Shown: piece by piece, positions 1 to 7,521 of the stretch
Layout of the letters: every line of letters begins with the position of its first letter
Numbering within the stretch: the stretch's first letter is position 1
NCBI GenBank assembly: GCA_018400815.1
Contig: JAGYLS010000036.1
Coordinates: forward strand, 1-16,895
From: Candidatus Oleincola secundus
GTDB taxonomy: Bacteria > Atribacterota > Phoenicimicrobiia > Phoenicimicrobiales > Stramentimicrobiaceae
Length of the DNA: 16,895 nucleotides
Reading direction: 5' to 3'
Translations under genes and position numbers: made by a program
Notes under the pieces: model-generated
Told to the model about the DNA's origin: nothing
What the model saw: the letters and a program-made list of their open reading frames with translations, nothing else
Database searches by the model: none

Positions 1-166
1 AAAGCCCAAGTAGACAGTGATTTTTTCCTAATGTTTTTAACACGAATCGAACAACGAGATTTCTTTACATTGCAAATGCATACATGATAGTATTAATATA
101 AATTTACGATACTATCAAAAATTTTAAACTTAATATTTGTATTTTATAGAAAGGAAATAAAAACAG

Positions 167-826
167 ATAAATCATATAAATAAAGATAATTATTCTTTAA
201 AAAACCAAAGTTTAGGTGAGGAAATTGCCAACAGCATTACTCATAGTGTGGGGATTGGTTTAAGTATCGCCGCACTGGTGATTTTGCTAGTTCTGGCTAG
301 TAAACAAGGTGATGCCTGGAAAATAGTAAGTTTCAGCATATATGGAACTACACTGATTTTGCTCTACACATCTTCTGCTCTTTACCATGGCCTTGCAAAC
401 CTAAAGATAAAAAATATTTTTAGGTTTTTTGATCACTCAGCAATCTATCTGCTAATTGCAGGAACTTACACGCCTATTGCCCTTACAGTTATGAGGGGGA
501 CCTGGGGATGGATTATTTTTGGTATTTCTTGGGCAATGGCAATAGGGGGAATTATTGTTACTATATTTCTTCTTGATAAGCTAAAATCTTTAATAGTAAT
601 ATCTTATGTGTTAATGGGCTCACTTTCCATTATTGCTATAAAACCAATGATAGAGATGCTTCCCCAGGGAATGATAGCTTGGCTTTTTATCGGAGGAGGT
701 TGCTATATTTTGGGAATAATATTTTATTTATGGGAAAAATTACCTTACCACCATCCCATCTGGCATCTCTTTGTTTTAGCTGGAAGCATTTCTCATTTTT
801 TGGGTATTTTATTCTATCTTACTTAA
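167..826 (+). CDS. Haemolysin III / PAQR-family membrane protein; start moved upstream of the ORF track to a probable ATA at 167
   Basis: Family motifs EEIANSITH (encoded at 218-244, upstream of the GTG at 248), SALYH, FDHSAIYLLIAGTYTP, GG..Y..G and HPIWHLFVLAGS..H, plus about 7 hydrophobic segments. The frame is open back to TAA at 158-160. SD-like AGAAAGGA at 148-155. Product is secure; exact start is less so. Confidence 0.9.
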   Translation: MNHINKDNYSLKNQSLGEEIANSITHSVGIGLSIAALVILLVLASKQGDAWKIVSFSIYGTTLILLYTSSALYHGLANLKIKNIFRFFDHSAIYLLIAGTYTPIALTVMRGTWGWIIFGISWAMAIGGIIVTIFLLDKLKSLIVISYVLMGSLSIIAIKPMIEMLPQGMIAWLFIGGGCYILGIIFYLWEKLPYHHPIWHLFVLAGSISHFLGILFYLT

Positions 827-978
827 GAACTTCTTACTTACAATCTTTCTTCACTTGTTTCAAAAGAAATGAATCAAAAAATGTTGACTTAATTCATATT
901 TTTCTATAAATGTGTGATGTGATGGCTTATATTCGGAAGGATAGGGTTATCTGTTTGATGAATTAAAAGGAGTTTTAG

Positions 979-1629
979 ATGGCAAAAAAAATAATCGATT
1001 ATCAACATATTATCTGGGATTGGAACGGAACATTAATCAATGACGCATGGTTAGTTGTGGAAATTATCAATAAAATGTTAGCAAGACGCAAATTGCAAGA
1101 GGTTAACCAGGAAAGACATAGAGATATTTTTGATTTCCCGGTAATGAAGTATTATTCAAGCATTGGATTTGATTTTTCTAAGGAATCCTTTGAGAGACTT
1201 ACTGATGAATTTATTTCTGAATATTATGACCGTTTTAATGAGTGTCAATTGTTTGATGAAGCAGAAGGTGTATTGAGACAAATTAGAGAAAGGGGAATAT
1301 TGCAATCAGTATTATCTGCTTCCCAGGAGGACTTGTTGAAAGCAAAAATCAAACATTATGGTATCGATAAATATTTTTATAACATCATAGGTTTGAAAAA
1401 TCACTATGCTGAGAGCAAAATCGAAAGAGGGAAAAGTTGGGTAACTAAGTTGAATTTAGAACCGCGAGACGTGCTTTTGATTGGAGATACGATCCATGAT
1501 TACGATGTTTCGAAATCTATTGGCTGTGATTGCCTGCTTGTAGCTAATGGACATCATAGTTATGAGCGACTTGCCAGTCAGGGTGTCGAGGTCATAAAAA
1601 GCTTAAAAGAGATGAGGTTAAAATTATGA
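979..1629 (+). CDS. HAD-superfamily hydrolase (phosphoglycolate-phosphatase-like, DWNGT motif I)
   Basis: Motif I IIWDWNGTL, motif II VLSAS, motif III Lys (ESK), motif IV LIGDTIHD. RBS AAAGGAG just upstream. Confidence 0.9.
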   Translation: MAKKIIDYQHIIWDWNGTLINDAWLVVEIINKMLARRKLQEVNQERHRDIFDFPVMKYYSSIGFDFSKESFERLTDEFISEYYDRFNECQLFDEAEGVLRQIRERGILQSVLSASQEDLLKAKIKHYGIDKYFYNIIGLKNHYAESKIERGKSWVTKLNLEPRDVLLIGDTIHDYDVSKSIGCDCLLVANGHHSYERLASQGVEVIKSLKEMRLKL

Positions 1630-1760
1630 TATATAGACAATAGTGCTCTATATTGTAAAAAATTGAAGAAACATAGTGTATTATATTATTATTTTAAAAA
1701 AGAACATATGTAAAGAATCCAGTAATTGTTTCGAGCTGCAAAAATAGAGAGGAGGACCAT

Positions 1761-2009
1761 ATGATTCGTATTAAGAAGAAAACCAAAGATGAATTTACAG
1801 TAAAGCTGGAAGAGAAAGAATATAAGGTAATCTTAGATGATAAGTACTGGCAGGAGTTAACCGGGGGTAAAACATCAAAAGAAGAATTGATAAAAAATTC
1901 TTTTAATTTTTTACTGGAAAGAGAATCTAAAGAATCAATTCTATCCAGGTTTGATTTAAGGATTATTAGTCAATACTTTCCGGAGTATGAACAAGAAATA
2001 AAGAAATAA
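1761..2009 (+). CDS. Small hypothetical protein (82 aa)
   Basis: Strong RBS GAGGAGG 5 nt before the ATG and a normal charged composition. The C-terminal SF.FLLERE.KESILS.FDL.II..YFPEYE pattern resembles a widespread uncharacterised family (from recall). Confidence 0.8.
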   Translation: MIRIKKKTKDEFTVKLEEKEYKVILDDKYWQELTGGKTSKEELIKNSFNFLLERESKESILSRFDLRIISQYFPEYEQEIKK

Positions 2010-2232
2010 AACAGTGAATGTTTTGTGATTATCGATTAAATACCAAATAGTCTTAATTGGTCTCTACTTGGGAAATAACACCTTGATACCCTTGTAATAA
2101 AATAATCATATTAATTTAAATAGTGAAATCACTTACTTTCTCAATAAGATAAATAGACAGCCAAATTATAATACATAGAACTGTATCATGTTTTTGGGTG
2201 TTTTCTATGATTGGAAGAAGAATTATAATTTG

Positions 2233-2277
2233 GGAATTTAAATTCCTGATTGTAATTTTATCATATTATGTTAAAAT
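2233..2277 (+). promoter_or_regulatory. Putative sigma70 promoter with upstream 14-bp palindrome
   Basis: Perfect palindrome GGAATTTAAATTCC at 2233-2246, TTGTAA at 2250-2255, 16-nt spacer, extended -10 TG-T-TAAAAT at 2269-2277. Confidence 0.5.
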
Positions 2278-2317
2278 ATTGTTAACAGGCAACCCCATAC
2301 AGGCAATATCTCTTCAG

Positions 2318-2354
2318 AAGACTCTCCTTGTTTTTCAAGGCGAGTCTTTATTAT
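2318..2354 (+). terminator. Intrinsic-terminator-like hairpin in the leader of the PhzF-family gene
   Basis: AAGACTC-T-CCTTG / loop TTTTT / CAAGG-C-GAGTCTT gives 12 bp with one mismatch, running into a T-rich tail (TTTATTAT). Confidence 0.6.
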
Positions 2355-2440
2355 ATCAGGAACAAATGTTTCTACATATGATTCAATTCAACAGTTGTTT
2401 TAATTTAGTTGCTACAATAAATAACAAAGGAGAATTAAAA

Positions 2441-3220
2441 ATGAGGATACCAATTTATCAGGTTGATGCTTTTACTGATAAACAATTTAAAGGAAACCCT
2501 GCGGCAGTATGCCCATTAACAGAATGGATTACAGATGATTTAATGCAAAACATTGCAGCTGAAAATAATTTATCTGAAACTGCCTTTTTTGTGAAAAAAG
2601 AACATAAATATGAATTAAGATGGTTTACGCCCAAAGTGGAAGTTGACCTATGCGGTCATGCTACCTTAGCAAGTGCTTATGTTATATTTTCCTATCTGGA
2701 TAAAACAAGCAGGAAAGTAATCTTTCATACCAAAAGCGGAATGTTAAAAGTATCGAGGGAAGGAAATTTATTAAGCATGTTTTTCCCTTCCAGAGAAGGG
2801 GAAAAAAGTGAAATTCCAGAGGCATTAATAAAAGGTTTAGGTAAAAGACCAAAAGAAGTGTACAAATCAAGAGACTATATGGCAGTGTTTGAAACAGAGC
2901 AAGAGATAATGGATTTATCCTTAAATATGAATGAATTAAAAAAAGTAAATGGATTGGGAGTCATTGCAACAGCTAAAGGAAATGAAGTAGATTTTGTGTC
3001 AAGATTTTTTGCACCAAAAGAAGGAATAGACGAAGACCCGGTGACTGGTTCTGCCCATTGTACATTGGTACCCTATTGGAAAAAAGTATTGGGAAAAAAT
3101 GAATTTGTAGCCTTACAATTATCACCAAGAGGTGGGAAACTTTTTTGTGCTGATTTAGATGATATGGTTAAAATCTCCGGAAAAGCAGTCTCTTATTTAG
3201 AAGGGTATATCAATGTTTGA
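2441..3220 (+). CDS. PhzF-family (DAP-epimerase-fold) isomerase, 259 aa; start is ATG 2441, not 2198
   Basis: Canonical N-terminus YQVDAFT..F.GNPAAV, plus NLSETAF, LRWFTP..EVDLCGHATLA, SRFFAP..GIDEDPVTGSAH and QLS.RGG. RBS AAGGAG at 2427-2432. Confidence 0.95.
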   Translation: MRIPIYQVDAFTDKQFKGNPAAVCPLTEWITDDLMQNIAAENNLSETAFFVKKEHKYELRWFTPKVEVDLCGHATLASAYVIFSYLDKTSRKVIFHTKSGMLKVSREGNLLSMFFPSREGEKSEIPEALIKGLGKRPKEVYKSRDYMAVFETEQEIMDLSLNMNELKKVNGLGVIATAKGNEVDFVSRFFAPKEGIDEDPVTGSAHCTLVPYWKKVLGKNEFVALQLSPRGGKLFCADLDDMVKISGKAVSYLEGYINV

Positions 3221-3267
3221 ACTATTTCCCCGGATGACCCATTAAGATAAAAATAGAGGAGGATAAT

Positions 3268-3621
3268 ATGGATAGGAATAATAACTCAGATAAATTAATT
3301 GTATTATGGACAAGTGGTAACAAAGAAGTAGCTCTGAATATGGTTTTTTTATACACATTTAATGCAAAGAAAAAAGGATGGTGGAAAGAAATTTCCCTTA
3401 TTGTTTGGGGTGCCTCAACAAAACTACTTTCTGAAGATAAAGAATTACAGGATTATATTACCAGGATAAAAGATGCAGGAGTGCAAATAGAAGCATGTAA
3501 GGTCTGTTCGGATAATTACGGAGTTTCCAATCAATTAGAAAGATTAGGTATTGAAGTAAAGCTAATGGGAGTACCTCTTACTGAGTATTTAAAAAAAGGT
3601 AACAAGATTATAACTATTTAG
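3268..3621 (+). CDS. DsrE-family protein with CxxC motif
   Basis: LWTSG....A..MV..Y..NA...GWW....LIVWG pattern and EACKVC motif; 117 aa; RBS GAGGAGG. Confidence 0.85.
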   Translation: MDRNNNSDKLIVLWTSGNKEVALNMVFLYTFNAKKKGWWKEISLIVWGASTKLLSEDKELQDYITRIKDAGVQIEACKVCSDNYGVSNQLERLGIEVKLMGVPLTEYLKKGNKIITI

Positions 3622-3656
3622 AAGATTAAAAAAAATATAAAAAACCTCTTTTTCAT
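3618..3656 (-). pseudogene. 12-codon stub MKKRFFIFFLIF with a perfect RBS, probably the remnant 5' end of a secreted-protein gene
   Basis: AGGAGG (3662-3667 on the minus strand) lies 5 nt before ATG. Basic-then-hydrophobic residues resemble a signal peptide. The stop overlaps the DsrE-family stop. Confidence 0.4.
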
Positions 3657-3878
3657 TTCTACCTCCTGAATATCATATTTTATGTCAAGAAGATTCTTGA
3701 TTTCTTTTTTACTACACCTTATATTGGATGTTGATTATTAGATTCATAAGAAAGATGATACAATATAATCAAGTTATAATTGATTCTTTCCTAGACAATA
3801 CTTAAAATATTTATTTGAACAGAATATAGAACTAATTATTTGTTCTAGCAGTATAACTTATTAAACAAAGGATTTAAT

Positions 3879-4994
3879 ATGTCTGACGAAGTAAATAGTG
3901 AAAAACAAAAATTAACAACCAAAACGATAATTCTAATTGGTATAATCCTCTTAATTATTTTAAATTTTACCAGTTTTCTTAATCTTATTAAATACTTATA
4001 CGGGATTTTTTCTCCTTTATTGCTTGGTGCAGGGATTGCCTTTATTTTGAATATAATAGCTACTAGATATGAAAAAATATATTTCCCCGATAATGATAAT
4101 AAAATAATTAGAAAAACACGCAGAGGTGTTAGTATAATTTTATCAATTTTAACGATTATACTAGCCATGTATTTTTTTCTTAATATTCTAATTCCACAGA
4201 TTACCCAATTTGTTCAATTAGCTTCTACTGAATTACCGATTATTTATGAAAATACAATTGAATGGATAATGAAATATGCTGAAAACTATCCGATTATCAG
4301 AGAAAAAATAGGAGAACTCAATATAAGTGGGGAAGCGGCATTAAATAGACTATTGGAATTATTGAATAACTGGGCATTTGGATCAGTCTCTTTTATAGGT
4401 ATAGTTTTTAGTAAAATAGTTGAAATTCTTTTAGCAATTGTTTTTAGCATTTATGTTCTATTTGACAAGGAAAAAATAAGAGGAAATTTCAACAAATTAA
4501 TCAATGCTTATCTAAGTGCAGGTAGAAGAGAAAACTTGGCAAAAGTTATAGAAACAGCAGATGAGACATTCACAAATTTTTTTCTCGGACAATTTAAAGA
4601 AGCTTTTATTTTGGGGGTGCTATGTACCATCGGCATGCTGATTTTTCGTTTTCCCTATGCAACAACTATTGGATCAGTTGTTGGACTAACTGCCTTGATT
4701 CCAATGGTGGGAGCGTACTTAGGTGCAACTGTAGGATTTTTGTTAATTTTTATTGTTGATCCGTTTAAAGCAATCTTATTTCTTGTCTTTATTGTTATTC
4801 TGCAACAGGCTGAAGGGAGTTTTGTTTATCCGAAAGTAGTGGGGCATAGCATTGGGCTTCCAGGCATATGGGTATTTGCCGCAATAATTGTCGGAGGCGG
4901 GTTAATGGGAATTATAGGTATACTGCTAGGAGTCCCTTTAGTGGCAACAATATATAAGCTAATCGGTAAATCAATTAAAAAGAATACAAATTAA
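3879..4994 (+). CDS. AI-2E family transporter (TqsA/PerM-like)
   Basis: 371 aa with several hydrophobic segments. Motifs P...G..IAFILN, FF.GQ..EA.ILG, LIP.VGAY.G, LQQ.EG..VYPKVVG.SIGLP and GG.L.GI.G.LLGVP. Confidence 0.92.
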   Translation: MSDEVNSEKQKLTTKTIILIGIILLIILNFTSFLNLIKYLYGIFSPLLLGAGIAFILNIIATRYEKIYFPDNDNKIIRKTRRGVSIILSILTIILAMYFFLNILIPQITQFVQLASTELPIIYENTIEWIMKYAENYPIIREKIGELNISGEAALNRLLELLNNWAFGSVSFIGIVFSKIVEILLAIVFSIYVLFDKEKIRGNFNKLINAYLSAGRRENLAKVIETADETFTNFFLGQFKEAFILGVLCTIGMLIFRFPYATTIGSVVGLTALIPMVGAYLGATVGFLLIFIVDPFKAILFLVFIVILQQAEGSFVYPKVVGHSIGLPGIWVFAAIIVGGGLMGIIGILLGVPLVATIYKLIGKSIKKNTN

Positions 4995-5118
4995 TTTGTA
5001 CAGATGTTTCTACTAAAAATAGAATAAGCAAAGATTTATTATATATTAGGAAAAAATTTTAATGATTATTTTGGGAGCATTTTTTTTGGATTGTCTGTAA
5101 CATTTAGGGAGTTAACTT

Positions 5119-5538
5119 ATGAGAAATAAATCAGGATTTGCTTTTATTACATTGCTAATTGTACTTGTCATTATAGGATTATCAGGTTTAATCGGATTGA
5201 AATATTATGGATTAAATCAACAGGATAGTGCAAAAAGTAATATAGTTCAAGATAAGGCAAAAGATACAATAGTCCAGACCAATGTTACGGCAATTCACGG
5301 ACTATTGCAGGGAGCTCTCATTGCCGGAGATATTGACCTTGTTGAGGCAGTTAATCTTTCTAAAAACGCCGGATTACATAATCCTTTTACTGAAACTGCT
5401 ATGAATAAGCCGGAATGTTTTCCTGAAATAGCGGACTCTCCCGGTGAAATTCAGATTATTCTGAAGGAAAATACTTTTTATATTCAGGGATATGGATCCA
5501 GCGGTTTGCTTGGTAAAGTACTTACAGTGAAAAAATAA
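5119..5538 (+). CDS. Prepilin-type (class III signal peptide) pilin/pseudopilin-like protein
   Basis: Short basic leader MRNKSG, then F and a roughly 20-residue hydrophobic helix, an amphipathic helix (AKD..VQTNV.AI...LQ) and an NPF motif. RBS AGGGAG. Confidence 0.7.
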   Translation: MRNKSGFAFITLLIVLVIIGLSGLIGLKYYGLNQQDSAKSNIVQDKAKDTIVQTNVTAIHGLLQGALIAGDIDLVEAVNLSKNAGLHNPFTETAMNKPECFPEIADSPGEIQIILKENTFYIQGYGSSGLLGKVLTVKK

Positions 5539-5585
5539 TTATCTATCATAAAAATATAAGTAACTTTTCGATTAACAGCAGTTAT

Positions 5586-6275
5586 TTATTCATTCTGCAA
5601 AACTTCTTTTTTGTCAAAGTCATTTAGTGTTTTTTTATTAAAAAGTTTTCTATATGTATCAGCTATTGTTTCGTGTTTAACTTTTGTTGCATCAAATTTA
5701 AGCAAACCGAAGGTTATCTGGACACAAAATCCTATTCCAAAAGCAGCTAGAACTGTACCTATGCCAACCATTCCGCCAAGCATCCATCCTAATACAACGA
5801 CAAAAAACTCAATGATTCCACGACAGATACCAATAGGTAGTTTCGTTATTCGAGTAACCGCAACCATCAAACTGTCTCTTGGGCCTGCACCAAGCGCTGA
5901 GCCTATATAAAAGTAGGTAGCAAAAGCAATGATGAATAATCCAATAAATAGCATGATAATACCCAACAAGAGATTATCAGCTACCGGAATAACATTTAGT
6001 GTAAGAATTATATCTAAAAACAGGCCGATAAAAATCATATTAAGGATAGTACCAATGCCAATTTTCTCACCAAGTAATACTGATATTAGGCCAATAATTA
6101 TTCCAATTAAAATTGAAACTGTTCCAATACTTAAGCCAACTGTGTTTGCAAGTCCTATATGAAAAACATCCCATGGAGCATATCCTATATGGGCATTGAT
6201 AGTAAAGACAATGCCAAGTGAATATAAGAAAAGACCCCACATTAAGCGAAGTATGATGAAAGAAAACTGTTTCAT
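5586..6275 (-). CDS. YczE/YyaS (YitT-like) integral membrane protein
   Basis: G..PWDVFH.GL, LGEKIGIGTILN, LGAGPRDSLM and GW.LGG.VGIGTV motifs with an internal two-fold repeat; about 6 TM segments. Confidence 0.88.
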   Translation of the reverse strand: MKQFSFIILRLMWGLFLYSLGIVFTINAHIGYAPWDVFHIGLANTVGLSIGTVSILIGIIIGLISVLLGEKIGIGTILNMIFIGLFLDIILTLNVIPVADNLLLGIIMLFIGLFIIAFATYFYIGSALGAGPRDSLMVAVTRITKLPIGICRGIIEFFVVVLGWMLGGMVGIGTVLAAFGIGFCVQITFGLLKFDATKVKHETIADTYRKLFNKKTLNDFDKKEVLQNE

Positions 6276-6388
6276 GGAAAAAAACCTTTCCGGATTGCCT
6301 TATTTTAGAAAAATGTATACATAATCGTTATTTGCTTTTCAGGTATGAAATATTGTAGGCAAACTTATCGTATGATCACATTCCCATT

Positions 6389-6416
6389 ATTATAGCGATA
6401 CTGAGAGTAAAGTCAA
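6389..6416 (-). promoter_or_regulatory. Putative sigma70 promoter for the YczE-like gene
   Basis: On the minus strand: TTGACT (6416-6411), 16-nt spacer, TATAAT (6394-6389), about 115 nt upstream of the start codon. Confidence 0.65.
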
Positions 6417-6771
6417 CAGGGACTCTTTTCTAATCCAAAGATGAGCCTGAAACAAAGAGTCATGCTGCTAGACGACAATTTTTCACCTGAAGTCCAAAGT
6501 TGGAAGTACGATTGTTTAAGAAATATTATAGTAAAAGGTTAAATAAAAAATCGAAAGAAAAAGAGCTAAAAAGTGGTAAAAGTTAAACCTCTTTTAGGGG
6601 TTCTTAAAGCTACCCGCTATGCGGGTGCGATATTTACTGGAAATAAATTTTGCGCTATTTAGAAGAAAAACGAATCAACTAAGAAATAAAAAAACTTTCT
6701 TTATGTTAAAATAAAATATAATAATTTTTTAGAACATTGCTTTTAAATATTATTTTTCAATAGGAAGTTAA

Positions 6772-7386
6772 ATGAAAGAGATTAAGTATATAGTTTTTGA
6801 TTTTGGTGGAGTTATAACTAAAAAGCAAAACGATAAAATTATTAACAAGATGTGTCAGATATTGAATATTCCGGTAAAAAAATTTTCCTTACTGTATACC
6901 AAAGGAAGAAATGATTATGATTCGGGTTTAATTGACGCAAGGACATATTGGACTAAAATCATTAAACTGATAGATAGACAAGTCGAATTAGAAGATATCG
7001 ATAAATTAATTGAATTTGACGTAAAGAGCTGGTTAGGAATTAATGAAGAAACGGTTAAATATATACAATCTATTAGAAGCAAAACAAATGTAGCCTTATT
7101 ATCCAATATGTCATTTGACACTCTTAAGAAAATAAATAATTTGTATTGGATGAATTATTTAGAAAAAAAGATATTATCCTGCGAAGAAAAAGTTTCTAAA
7201 CCGGATTACCGGATATACGATATTTGCCTGAAAAAATTGGGGGTAGAACCTCATTATGTTTTATTTATTGATGATTCTGAAGCAAATGTTATTGCTGCTC
7301 AGAAAATGGGAATAAATGCTTTAAAATACACTAATTATAATGCTATGAAGGACATAATAGAAAATGAATATATTTTAAGCAAATAA
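6772..7386 (+). CDS. HAD-family phosphatase (YihX-like, subfamily IA variant 3)
   Basis: IVFDFGGV, ALLSN, SKPD.RIY and LFIDDSEANV motifs. Confidence 0.92.
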   Translation: MKEIKYIVFDFGGVITKKQNDKIINKMCQILNIPVKKFSLLYTKGRNDYDSGLIDARTYWTKIIKLIDRQVELEDIDKLIEFDVKSWLGINEETVKYIQSIRSKTNVALLSNMSFDTLKKINNLYWMNYLEKKILSCEEKVSKPDYRIYDICLKKLGVEPHYVLFIDDSEANVIAAQKMGINALKYTNYNAMKDIIENEYILSK

Positions 7387-7521
7387 TTACAGAAAATTAT
7401 CTTCAGGAAGAGCCAAATATATCATTCCTTAGGAACAATTATTGATAATAACAACATCCTGTTCTATTTATTATTTGATTTATGTTAGATTGTGATATGC
7501 TAATCTGTAGGGGAGTTAAAT

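Noticed and set aside
1..87. Open frame from base 1 (KAQVDSDFFLM...QMHT-stop) as the tail of an upstream gene
   Set aside because: Only 28 codons, no recognisable motif, and it overlaps promoter-like sequence. It cannot be supported without upstream context.
679..909. 76-aa alternative-frame ORF
   Set aside because: Overlaps the haemolysin-III gene in another frame and has no RBS or motif.
2198..2440. 81-codon N-terminal extension of the PhzF-family ORF
   Set aside because: No RBS at 2198, a strong RBS and family-typical N-terminus at 2441, and the extension spans promoter and terminator elements.
3879..4994. AI-2 quorum-sensing system linking the AI-2E transporter with the SorC (LsrR-like) regulator
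   Set aside because: The genes are more than 8 kb apart with unrelated genes between them. AI-2E is a broad family, and no lsrK/lsrF/lsrG/lsrB or luxS is visible.
5611..6162. Two plus-strand ORFs (99 and 77 aa), and similar antisense ORFs at 2682, 3845, 6915, 7500, 8133, 8731, 9472, 10031, 12485, 13994, 14582, 15026, 15379, 15594 and 16302, plus the out-of-frame ORF at 12417
   Set aside because: Shadow frames of well-supported genes, with no RBS or family motifs.
6355..6385. GGCAAACTTATCG resembling the start of a c-di-GMP-I (GEMM) riboswitch
   Set aside because: The GAAA tetraloop, a matching 3' strand and GACGCAAA are missing, and it is antisense to the transcript predicted here.
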